From assembly GCA_000004985.1 (NCBI GenBank), contig GG738885.1: 64,000 nt of DNA; one strand, given 5' to 3'. The translations under genes were made by a program, and so were the position numbers. Below are positions 1-10,406 of this stretch, piece after piece (position 1 is the stretch's first letter; each line of letters begins with the position of its first letter). The notes beneath the pieces are model-generated. The model saw only the letters and a program-made list of their open reading frames with translations, was not told where the DNA came from and searched no databases. This DNA comes from Naegleria gruberi (taxonomy: Eukaryota).

Positions 1-1271
1 TTATCAAACAATTCATTCGATTATTGTAAATAACAACAGAAATATCCTATACTTACGGAACTGACACATAATTATTGACAGGTGCCAAATCAGATCCCTT
101 CTCGTGACGTTCAGGAATAAATTCACTACCTCTAGGAATAAACTCATCTTTCAATGTTCCCCATCTTTGCATGGCAATCACAATCGTGTCCTTTGGCACA
201 TTAAATCCTCCAATTTCAGTATCCTTACTCAATTGTCTTCCCATTGTAAGATAGGAAAATGAATTTAATCTCAAAACTTCTTCAATGAAATTCTTTGTAT
301 GTTTCAATTTTTTGAATTGTTCCATTGTAATTTCAAGTCCATTTTCTAAAGTTAATTCATCAATTGTTGGTTGACCAAAAACTTCAACTGATTCCTGGAA
401 AAGTTTTTCTTGATATTCTGAATGTTGAGCTAATCTGTATAAACTATTGTTGACCATTCTGACGGTAATGTCTGTACCGGCTTGTAAGAAGGTGATCATG
501 ACATTTTCAACTCTTTCTTCTGGATATTCTTGATCTTTGGCTCTTTCTTCTAAAATTTCTAATAATCTTGGCTTTTCGGTTGGATTAGTTTTGAATCTCT
601 TGATGCAATATCTGCCGTATTCCAATGATTTATCCCAGACATGTTCGAAATGTTTGTATTCTTGAGTTTTGAAATACTTGTAGAGAGGTGGTTTGTTATC
701 TGAATAATTATTAGAATCGAATAGAACTTCAGAATGAAATCTTACCTAACAAAATGGCCAAATCAAGTCCAACAATTGAATATTTTACAAAATCACGAAG
801 ATCGAATGGGAATGATTGAACTGTTTCATCAGTCAACTTGACTCCCTATTAATTTTCACCAAAATTCACACTTTCGAATAATACAACAAACAACAACTTA
901 CAAGGAAAACCTTCAAAACAGCATCAAAGGCATATCTCGAAGTGGCTTCAAAGTTTTTGGCAAATTTGTACTTTTCACTTCCTTCCACTGGTTGCAAATG
1001 TTTAACTAATCTTCTCAACAATTCGCCATTCAATTCCATTATTACTATTATAATTATTACTTTGATGATATGGACATGATGTAAGAATTTCCTTAGATGC
1101 TTTGTTATTTTGCTCGGAAGATGTTTGGAAATATCTCATGTTAACATGAGCTTGCTTATTCATCACCTGTTTGCTCCCGATCATTGAGGATGATAAATTA
1201 GAGAGTAAACATGATGATGAGTGTTTCATCAAGACGACAGCAGCCAACTTGTTATTCTTCTTTAATAGCAT
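1..1271 (-). CDS. Cytochrome P450 (partial; the 3' heme-binding exon lies beyond the window start); multi-exon with about 50-nt introns
   Basis: Minus-strand ORF 53..625 carries an I-helix-like FLQAGTDIT, the K-helix ExxR motif (EEVLRL) and a PERF-like FIPERH. A GTAAGT donor at plus 51..56 sits immediately after ...NYVSVP, so the Cys-heme loop exon is off-window. The frame continues upstream through short GTAAG...AG introns (about 713..766 and 846..898), giving ...VKHLQPVEGSEKYKFAKNFEATSRYAFDAVLKVF / GVKLTDETVQSFPFDLRDFVKYSIVGLDLAILL / DNKPPLYKYFKTQEYKHFEHVWDKSLEYGRY.... A candidate ATG is at 1269..1271. Exon boundaries are approximate. Confidence 0.6.
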
Positions 1272-1590
1272 GGTTGGGCTTTCACTTGTTTTTTTGGAGA
1301 ATATTTTGCCGCATCTCTTTTTGGTTGCACTATAGACTTGAAGAAGAGGAATGCGCTCTTAGTGCGCTTGGAGAATGAGGATTTGCGATTGTTTTCAAGT
1401 AAGGAGGATTTGCGATTCGGGGAGGACACTATATTTAAATGAATTGCATAATGTGTATTGAACTAGTTTTACAAAAATTTTTGGAAGTGTACTTTATTAA
1501 TGGTCAGCTTGTTCGCCTGGTTTTTGTGAATCCTCAAACAAAAAGTAACCAACTAGCATATTGAAAATAAATTGTGTGAATATTTTAAAG

Positions 1591-4500
1591 TTAAATGTAA
1601 TACTTACTGGCAAAAACTGGAATGTATGAAAATTTTCCACCAACAATACACAAATATAATTCTGCTGGAATCATACCACCTCCTCTTCTTCTACAATTAA
1701 CTTTACATTTAAAGCTCTTTCTAGGTGCTGGTGGTGTTTTCAAAACTCGACTCACATGAGCAACGATTTGAGGATAGGACTCTGGATGAACAACATCTTC
1801 CCACCTCTCCAAGTTATCGTACAAATCACTTGGATCGTAATTCAATTTGGTTAGGAGTGTTTTGTTCAAACTGATAATTCTTCCACCAGGGAACATGAGA
1901 ATAATACCAAAATCTGATGAATCCATTTCTTGCTTATTTTCCATGAGCATGACCAATTCTTGATATGAATCTTGAATAGCTGTTGGTTTGTTATTCTCTC
2001 CATAGGTTGGTGGTTCATCGTATTGCATTTTAATTATACCCTTAGATGCCAATTCAGAGAAACGATTTCTCAAATTTTCATTGATAGCTGAGAGCATGGC
2101 TGATTCATTGGCCTTTCTCAAATTTTCCTCTTTCAGTCTCTTATTTTCCTCTCTCAAGATTTCAATTTCCTTTTGAGCATCAGTTCCTGGCTCAGTTTCG
2201 TTAGAGGTGGAGAGTCTTTTAGCAGAGTCGTTCAATTTATGTTTCAATAAGACTGTAAAAAATTAATAAGAACAAAACTGGAAGAAATTAAACTTACGTG
2301 AAATTGGGAAATTTTGAGTTAAATACTCAATGTAGGTCATGTTAGCAGTTTCTGGATTCGAATCAAATTGTTTCAAATGACCAATAGATTCTTCAATCAT
2401 TTGTTTAGTGTCATCTCCAATCTGGAGTGATTTAATCATTTCCTCGTTACTCATCTTTATCAATTTTTCGAAAATTTCCTCATCTTGTTTTGAAGAACTA
2501 GCTGGTTTTTGATTGGTATCTTCACAATCTTCTATTTGTACATCGTCATTGTTATTTACATTGCTATTATTTTGAGATCTCATCTTGTCGGCTTGTTGCT
2601 CTTCAGTAGCGTTAGAATGAGAAATTGGCATCATGTGACCCACTTCATTATGAATTTCATTTTCATCCATTTCAACAATTGATGCAAACAGTGGACTTTG
2701 AGGTGAGAATCTCAAAAATTCATCATTGGTAAAATCAATCAGAGGTGAAGCTGCTCCTCCAGGTGAAATTAATTGCTGTTGATGGAGTTGTTGTTGATGT
2801 TGTTGATTTTGAATTTTCAAGTTATTTAGTGCATTCATATGTTGTTGATGTTGATGCAAGAGAGCTTCATCAACATGCAACGAATAGGGTGTTCCAAAAA
2901 GACTCTGATTATTTTGATAATCGTAGGCAGAATTCAAATTATTGCAATGAAGGTAGAATGTATCAACTGGCGTCCTCATTAAAATTTGTGTCAATTGTTG
3001 AATTTCAGGAGGTTGATTGAGAAGGAATGGAAGTGACAATGGATGATTATCTCTGTTAGGGAAAATTACGTTACCTGCAGTGAGCATGGCTCCAGGAGTT
3101 TTTAATTCTGATTCTGTCAATTGAAGAGGTAAATTATTTACAAGATTAGGATTAATCATTTGTTGTTGAGTAGGAGGAATTCTTTGATTGGCTTGACCTT
3201 GAGTAGCTTGTTCTGGTTCAGTTTTTGGTTGAGTTGTTGTTGAAGATGAAGCAGTAGCTGTTGGTTTTTCCTTCTTCTTTTTAGGTGAAGATGCCTTCTT
3301 CTTCTTTTTCTTTTTTTCATTCTTCTCAGTAGTTGCTGTTGCTGTAGAAGATGAAGCAGCATTAATAGTGGTAGCTGTATTATTATTAGTTGATGATGAT
3401 GGTTCAACTGCATTTGATGATGTTTGTGATGATTGTGGTTTTTCAGTAGGAACATCATCCAAATCTTCATCATTATCATCTTCTCCAGATTTCTTTTTTC
3501 TTCCTCTCTTCTTTCCGACTTGATCTTGACATTCCAATCCGTGAGCTAAGCATCTAGAACAAGGTCTCTTGTCTTCACAACAAGCATGTCTAATTTTGGT
3601 GATTGTGAAATTATAATTTTTGATGAAATAATATATGATTATTATAACAAACATTGGATAAACGGTTAAATGGATAAGATGCACAATAAGAAGTGAAACT
3701 TACGCCTTTCTGCAGCTTACACAAGCCAATTTAGCAACTCTTCTAGGTCTCTTCATCATGTTGGACATTTCCTTCTGCATGTTGGCCATATTACTGTTTG
3801 ATGCTTCTTTAGTCTTATCAGAATTATTGGAAGAAGAACCATTTGAATCTGTCTTGCCAGTTATTGTTGAATTATTATTATTTGATGGTGGTACAGGAGG
3901 TGCATCTTGGTCATTCAATGATGAAGAATTAAATTCATTAATTGGCAATTCGTGATGACTAATATTCTTCAATGTATTCAATTTAGATAAATTGTTTAAA
4001 CTTGATGAGGATGGAATTGTTCCACCACTAGCCATTAAACCACCACCAGTAGCTAGTTCCACGAACATGATTAAACGACAATTGTTGATCCATTAAACCA
4101 CCAGAATTAGCAATATTTGTGCTTGCCTGAAGGTGATGTAAATTACTCAATGATGGATGAGAAAGGAGAGAATTGGTATGACTCGTCTGTTGAGAGATAT
4201 TGGATGATGATAAATTATTATTTTGACTTAGATTTGGATAGGATGATGCAGCAGCAGACATTAAGTGATGAAGTTGTTGTTGTTGATTTTGCTGATGAGA
4301 GGATAATAAATTATTAGTTGTTATTGTTGCTCCTCCAGCATTCGTTTGGGATGGTTGCGTTGGCAAATGATTGCCATAGTGATGCTGCTGCTGATGATGT
4401 TGATGTTGTCCTAGTCCGTAATAACCTGCTGTGCCATTCAACAAGGGATGTTGATGATTAGTCAGTAAATTCCCAGAAGAATTGATCAAATGCAAATTAT

Positions 4501-4654
4501 TATAAGATTCCAATCGAGGAGGAAGTACACCTCCACCACTGCTACTACCATTACCACTCAATGGTTGTCCAATAACTCCCACCGATGATGAAGCACTAAA
4601 ATCATTGCCAGGTATCGCTGATGATGAATTATTCATATTGTTGGGATTGTTCAT
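1591..4654 (-). CDS. Zn(II)2Cys6 zinc-cluster transcription factor with long poly-Q/N/S tracts and a C-terminal coiled-coil + PAS-like domain; spliced
   Basis: ATG at 4652..4654 (MNNPNNMNN..., poly-Q/H region). Joining the ORFs across a GTAAGT...AG intron (about 3590..3703) gives ACVSCRKAHACCEDKRPCSRCLAHGLEC, which is exactly C-x2-C-x6-C-x5-C-x2-C-x6-C. This is followed by a basic stretch KKRGRKKK. A second intron (about 2250..2294, GTAAGT...TTACAG) joins to exon 1591..2247, which encodes a leucine-zipper-like coiled coil (EIEILREENKRLKEENLRK) and a PAS-like fold (DFGIILMFPGGRIISLNK...FKCKVNCRRRGGGMIPAELYLCIV). The 4028/4068 ORF junction (frame change) is unresolved. Confidence 0.6.
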
Positions 4655-5024
4655 TTTATTTTGCTGTATCGAGATTTTGATGAGGAAAGAAATAATAGAT
4701 CATGCCAAAGAGTGTGCTAGATTGGAAAATCTCTCTGTGATCAAGACAGAGGGATGGTGGTTGATGAAGAAGAGGTTGTTGTTGTTATCGTTGTTGATTG
4801 TATTCCTTGAGATCAAAGGATTTTTTGGGCGTGAATATTTTTTTTCCTGAGCCGGAAAATTATCTTCATGTTCAAAGTCTAGATTCAAAACCCATTAAAA
4901 TTATTGAGCAGTCATAATAATTAAATATAATATTTAATAGTATTAATCAAATTACTTTTCAAAGTTGTTGAATGAATTAAATATAATAAAAATATCTTTT
5001 TAAAAATAAATAAATTTAAAAAAA

Positions 5025-5915
5025 ATGAGTCAAGATCGTTTCAAAGGGATTGGTAGTAATAGTAGCAATAATTTAACTGGAAATACACCAACCAAGTCTG
5101 ATAGTAGTACTCTGTATATTCCTCCACATTTGAGAAGTAATTCTACAGATTATGATGATCACTCCGATAGAATTCCTTCAGTTTCATCGGATATGGATGA
5201 GGATCAACAACAACAATATTATTATTATCATCGTAGATCATCGATGGATCAAGCTGGCGGAGCTCATCCAAATGTTCATTCTCAACCTCCAATTATTAAA
5301 TCAAAACAACAAATTATTGACTATATGAATCAACATAAAATTGCTTCAATTTTAAAAACCAAGTTGAATGAAGCTTTCCAACAACAAAGTCTAGATCCAA
5401 TTGAATATATTTTCCGTACCAAGAGAGTGGTACAACATGAAATTTTAATTCAACAAAGACAATCACAAATGAAGGAAATGGATATTAAACATGATGAAGT
5501 TTTAAGCTCAATACAACAAAGTAAGGAATCAATGAAGCAAGAATATGAAAAATTGGAAAAGGATCACTTGCAAGAAATTTCCACATTAAAAGCAGAAATT
5601 GAACAATTGAAAATTCAAGCTGCTCAAGTTGAAAATCAACCTGAAAGTCAAGAAAGTTTGTTGTTAGAAAAGACTTTGGAACAATTAAAGACAGAAAATG
5701 AGGAATTGGAAAAGGAAAATCAATCTTTATTGAAACGTATCAAGGAATCATCAAATAATACTACCACTACTACTGTACATCAACATTCACATGAACAAGT
5801 TACATCAAATACCATACCAGAAGAAACTCAAGAAGAACCTGTAGATATACCTTCAACAACAACAACAGAAAATGCTGTGGAAGATGATTCAGCTGATCCT
5901 TTTGCCACTGAATAA
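5025..5915 (+). CDS. Coiled-coil protein, function unknown
   Basis: ATG at 5025 in a Kozak-like AAAAATG context. Low-complexity S/N N-terminus. Heptad-rich segment EISTLKAEIEQLKIQAAQVENQ...LEQLKTENEELEKENQSLLKRIKE. Acidic C-terminus. Confidence 0.4.
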   Translation: MSQDRFKGIGSNSSNNLTGNTPTKSDSSTLYIPPHLRSNSTDYDDHSDRIPSVSSDMDEDQQQQYYYYHRRSSMDQAGGAHPNVHSQPPIIKSKQQIIDYMNQHKIASILKTKLNEAFQQQSLDPIEYIFRTKRVVQHEILIQQRQSQMKEMDIKHDEVLSSIQQSKESMKQEYEKLEKDHLQEISTLKAEIEQLKIQAAQVENQPESQESLLLEKTLEQLKTENEELEKENQSLLKRIKESSNNTTTTTVHQHSHEQVTSNTIPEETQEEPVDIPSTTTTENAVEDDSADPFATE

Positions 5916-6008
5916 AAATAGAGAGAAATTAATTTATTTTAAAGTCAGTCATTCACATTGATAATATTAAAAATTTTGATTTTAATTTACTAAATTGAAT
6001 ATATACAT

Positions 6009-7469
6009 TTATGGTTGTTGAGTAGTTTTCACAGATTGTACATTTGCAAGCATTTCCTTACAGAGCTCAGAGCTTTCGAATTGTAAATAGAGAGGAAACA
6101 CCATTGTACTAATCACATCCTTCTCCAAAGAATCGAACAAATCTTCCACATATCCTTCTTCCTCTATTCTCTTCTTTGCTGCATTAATTAGCTTTTTACT
6201 GGTATTCACCTCAAACACAGCATTATCCTCTAAAAAGGTATCGAAAATATACGAGGCCTTGACATGATGTTCTGGAATGATAATTTCTGAAGGCGGAATG
6301 AAGATGGTAATATCGCACGATTCATCCACAGCAAGATTTGATCCTGATTTCTTAATCAGATCGGAATTGTAGGTGAATTTCTTACAGGCCTTACATAAAA
6401 TCTTGTACTGAGCTATTTCTTCAATAAATATTGCCAATTCCAAACTGAAAATATTAGAGAGATAGGCTTTAAAGTATCTTCTCATTGTAGAATTTTCCAA
6501 AACTTCCTGTACAGTCAACTTATCTGATCCAACAGAGGCAATACTCACTCTTCCCTCCTCCACTTCTTCCTGCTGGAGAGTTTGTTCGATATTGAGAATG
6601 GATCTGGTTTTTCTAGCAGTTTGGAAAATGAAAAACATGTCAGGGAATAATTTCTTCAAATCATTCAAATATTGATCTGGTGATTGTTCTACTTCTGAAA
6701 CCAAATTGCTCGTCTCTGAACTGGCCTTTCCCAAATTGAAAATAAATTTACCATAATCAGGTCTTTCAGATAAATCCTTATAGAAATAACTAGTTTCGAA
6801 TGAACCATGACTAATAATATGCATTGTAAACAATGAAAACATATCCATATGTCTAATATCTTTCAATGAAGGTAATCTCAATTTCTTATCTTCCTTAAAC
6901 ATGAATTTCAGAATGGTTGGAAGTGCCAATGCATGTCTCACTAAACTTGCCTTTGGAACCATTAATAAACCATGTTTGATAGAGTTTGAGATTTTACAAT
7001 GCAAGAGATTGGTTCCTTTCATTGATTTTACGCACTTTTCATTGTTTTCTTGATGGCAAATCACTGGAACAACGTTCATCATTAAGAAACTGCTCAAATA
7101 ATTACTAATTGATGTGATGACATGTTGACACATGGGACAGCCGAACCATTTAATGACAATGAGGAGTACTCTGTGTTTTTCACTCAATCTGAGAACAGAA
7201 TGTCCACTTGGATGGACAATCATCTCTTCCAAAACATTCAAAATGTCAAAAGTTGCTGAGGCGTTTGACATGACCGTGTCAGCACTCTTGGAAATATCGG
7301 ATGAAGCATCTATTGTATTTCTTCTATTACATGTTTGTTCTCCAGCTAAATCTTGAGACAGGGAAACTTCGTCCTTGCTATGTCTTTTTAAATTTGATTG
7401 GGTGCCAACTGTCAAAAATCTAACGCTATTTGTTTTCTTTGAAGATGAAGCGGAGTTGGTATCACTCAT
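6009..7469 (-). CDS. RGS-domain protein with N-terminal thioredoxin-fold (AhpC/TSA_2-like) CxxC region
   Basis: The C-terminal half has RGS hallmarks (MRRYFKAYLSNIFSLELAIFIEEIAQYK ... ASYIFDTFLEDNAVFEVN). The N-terminal half has WFGCPMCQH, a CxxC motif of the AhpC/TSA_2 / PRXL2 type. Single long ORF. ATG at 7467..7469 (MSDTNSASSSKK). Confidence 0.65.
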   Translation of the reverse strand: MSDTNSASSSKKTNSVRFLTVGTQSNLKRHSKDEVSLSQDLAGEQTCNRRNTIDASSDISKSADTVMSNASATFDILNVLEEMIVHPSGHSVLRLSEKHRVLLIVIKWFGCPMCQHVITSISNYLSSFLMMNVVPVICHQENNEKCVKSMKGTNLLHCKISNSIKHGLLMVPKASLVRHALALPTILKFMFKEDKKLRLPSLKDIRHMDMFSLFTMHIISHGSFETSYFYKDLSERPDYGKFIFNLGKASSETSNLVSEVEQSPDQYLNDLKKLFPDMFFIFQTARKTRSILNIEQTLQQEEVEEGRVSIASVGSDKLTVQEVLENSTMRRYFKAYLSNIFSLELAIFIEEIAQYKILCKACKKFTYNSDLIKKSGSNLAVDESCDITIFIPPSEIIIPEHHVKASYIFDTFLEDNAVFEVNTSKKLINAAKKRIEEEGYVEDLFDSLEKDVISTMVFPLYLQFESSELCKEMLANVQSVKTTQQP

Positions 7470-7959
7470 TGTTTTTTTATTGAAGCAAAATGAAAAGTCA
7501 GAAACTATACTTGACAGATGAACTCGAAATATTGACCTTGCGATTGCTGACAGAAGGGGAAAAATGTGGTAAGTAGAATTGAAAGCTGGACAAATTGGAG
7601 CGAAAAAAGAAATATTTGCAGTTTTAAATGAAATGTAGTCAGTGAATATTCCATGAGGTGGTGAAATAGCTGTTATTGACCCTCCTGCCAGGCAATAAGA
7701 GGAAGATTGTGATGTTAGGAATTACATGTCTCTAATAAACATTGGTTCAATGCCAGATCGTGAGATGAAAATTTTAAGGATTTGGCAATTATTGAATAAA
7801 GACTGATGTTATTTGAAAAGTTGTTTTGCCAAATTGCTTAAAATCATGTGCGAAGCCAATCTCCAGACGTGGCATCTTGTTGAATTGTCAAATACCAAGA
7901 CAAGGGAAAAACAAGTACTGATTTTTCAAACGCTATTTATTTTAAAAGTTTATGTGAAA

Positions 7960-8030
7960 TCGGGTGTGGTATAGTGGTAGCATTCCAGACTGTCACTCTG
8001 GCGACCCGGGTTCAATTCCCGGCACTCGAG
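7960..8030 (+). tRNA. tRNA-Asp (anticodon GTC)
   Basis: TCGGGTG acceptor 5' arm pairs with CACTCGA (one G·T wobble), discriminator G. Anticodon stem CCAGA/TCTGG with loop CTGTCAC. T-arm CCCGG-GTTCAATT-CCGGG variant. A T5 run follows immediately (attaattttt). Confidence 0.85.
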
Positions 8031-8231
8031 ATTAATTTTTGATGACATATCCAAATATTTTAATTTTGTTTTTTAAACATATGAGGAATGATACGTAATC
8101 TACCTAACCATCAATTTTTAAAGTTTCATCTCTTAAAACCACCGAGAAAATAATCAAAGATTCCAACTCTCATTTTCCTCTAACACTATTCAACATGTGG
8201 GTTGGTTTTTAAAAATAGGAAATTAAAAAAA

Positions 8232-10104
8232 ATGAAAAGAAGTAATCAAACGATTGACTCAGTTGACAATGCCGATCATCACAAAAAGATTAAATTATCA
8301 ACATCCGATCAAGTAAATACATATTCCTTGTCTGATTTGACTCGGGATGAATGGACTGTGATTATTCAATATTTACCCACCGGAGGAGTGTTAATGTTGG
8401 CCATGACTTGCAAAGATAATTATGAATGGACAATGGAATATATTAAAAACGTTATTTGCAAGTATTATGTGAAAGAACATCCTAAAAAGTATTCCAGAAA
8501 CGTAACAATCAAAGAATGGTCAATAGTGAATGCATTGAGGTTTGTTTTCATTTTGGAAAATTAAATAATTGTTGGAAAGACAAATGGAAAGGCTTTGGGT
8601 GGGAAATTTGAATTTGGATCCAATTACAGAGATTCTAAAAGAAATAGCAAAAAGAAATGGATCAATTAAAGAGTTGTCAAGCTTTCTCAAATTAGATTAT
8701 GATTATGAATCTGTATTTGAATTATTGAATATAAGAAAAGAAAGCCCAACTCCAGTTCAAGTCGAAACTCTTAGTGTCAAACTACCAGATACAAATATAG
8801 GAAGACATATTTATGAGGCATTGGAGAGTCAAAAATTTATCAACACTATTGAATCAGAACTAATTGGTTATGGATTGAAGGCTGCAGAAATTGAAATGAC
8901 ATTAACCAGATCTAAATTTTTCAAAATTCTAACAAAATTGAAAGATATAGAGATTTTGCACCTCAACATTGATCAGGAATACGAATACACAATGGGTGGT
9001 ATGGGTGGAAGGGGAAAAGGAGGAATTCGTAGGCCTATTATTGATAAAATTAATGATGATGGAAAGGAAGCATTTGACGAAACTTTTGCCTACATACCTA
9101 TATTTTACAATCTAAAGACATTAAGAATAGACAAGTACTTTGATGAAAATACTGACTATATTTTTGAGATACTTGGATTGTTTCCTAACCTGGAACATTT
9201 CCATTTGATTACTTCTACAGCTATTGACGATGATCACTTAGAATTAATTTGCAAATTCTGTCCAAAATTGAAAACTCTTGATATTGCTGACGATAATGAG
9301 GCATTAAGCATCACAGATGAAGGTCTGTTAAAATTCTTAGAAAAACAAACAAGCATTGAAATAATAGATTTAGAACCTATGCCATATATTACTGGTGCTG
9401 TATTGAAAAAACTTGGAGACTTCCCAACATTGAAAAAGTTTGCAGTACAACGAACTGTTTGGTGTGAGGGTGGATACGAAGTGCAAGACAACGATGTCTA
9501 TTTTGGAGGAAATCCAAATCCAAAATTGGAATATATAGATATTGGTTCTGGGTATACTTTTAATGAGGAACAATACGAAAAATTATTTACCTCTTTGAAA
9601 ACTGTTGCACCAAATTTAAAAAGCTTTGGACAATTTGGAGAATTAGAATCCAAAAAGATTGTAGAATTATATATCAACACTTTGGAAGAATTGGAAATCA
9701 ATTTAGGCACATTCGATTTAATTCAATCATGTACCAATTTGAAAAAAGTAATATTGGATAGTGTATTGGATAAACAAGACAAGATTGTATGTAACTTGAA
9801 TGTAACTGAACTGGTTGATTATTGTTACAGTCATGAAATGTATCCAATTCTCACAGAATCATTTCCCAACTTGAAAGTTATTGAAGGCGCTCATTTCGGT
9901 CTCTTCAATTTTTTACTAGAAAACATTAATTGCTGGCCACAACTTGAATTTCTAAATGTACAAACTGAGCCTAAATTCGAACTATTAGAAACTCTAATGT
10001 CTCAAAGGCCAAAGCTTGCTATTGTAATAGAGGAAGATATGCCATTGTCACCACAAGCATTCTACTATCAATGGTTGGTCAGGGATTGTCTAAAAAAGAG
10101 ATAG
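8232..10104 (+). CDS. F-box / leucine-rich-repeat (AMN1/FBXL-type) protein; one short intron
   Basis: Exon 1 (ATG 8232) has an F-box-like segment LSDLTRDEWTVIIQYLPTGGVLMLAMTCKDNYEW. A short GT...AG intron lies around 8540..8580. Exon 2 carries Cys-containing LRRs (LGLFPNLEHFHLITSTAIDDDHLELICKFCPKLKTLDIADDNEALSITDEGLLKFLEKQTSIEIIDL). Confidence 0.55.
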
Positions 10105-10140
10105 TTTATTAAGGCAATCATCATTAACAAAGAATAAAAA

Positions 10141-10258
10141 GACTACAGCACCACAGGTTCCCAAGTTGTCTCCAACCTCAGTACTGATGTGGCTCGACGA
10201 TGCTTAACTTCTCAAATCGGACGGGATGAGGTGCATTCATCGTGGTATGGCCGTAGCC
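10141..10258 (-). rRNA. 5S ribosomal RNA gene (dispersed copy)
   Basis: The reverse complement reads GGCTACGGCCATACCACGATGAATGCACCTCATCCCGTCCGATTTGAGAAGTTAAGCATCGTCGAGCCACATCAGTACTGAGGTTGGAGACAACTTGGGAACCTGTGGTGCTGTAGTC. This matches the universal eukaryotic 5S blocks (GCCTACGGCCATACC, CATCCCGTCCGATC, GAAGTTAAGC, TTAGTACT, GGGTGCTGTAG). It is followed on the minus strand by TTTTTATT, a pol III terminator (plus 10133..10140). Confidence 0.9.
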
Positions 10259-10406
10259 ATTCATAATCATAATACAATGATAATAAGGAATATTAAAAAT
10301 AGCCATGCAATACCTTAAATTGCGAAATATTAACTTCATGCTGTTTTGAAATTGTCTCTTACCTATTATTGAAAAACATGATTGCTGAATCGTACATGAA
10401 TAACAT

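Noticed and set aside
2745-3479. ORFs 2745..3020 (+) and 3156..3479 (−) inside the Zn2Cys6 gene
   Set aside because: They are alternative-frame readings of the poly-Q/N (CAA/AAT-rich) repeat region. The compositionally biased polypeptides (poly-H/L/K) are shadow ORFs of the real minus-strand frame.
10141-10270. Initial impression of a box C/D snoRNA (TGATGT ... CTGA) on the plus strand
   Set aside because: The reverse complement is an unambiguous 5S rRNA. The C/D-like boxes were coincidental.
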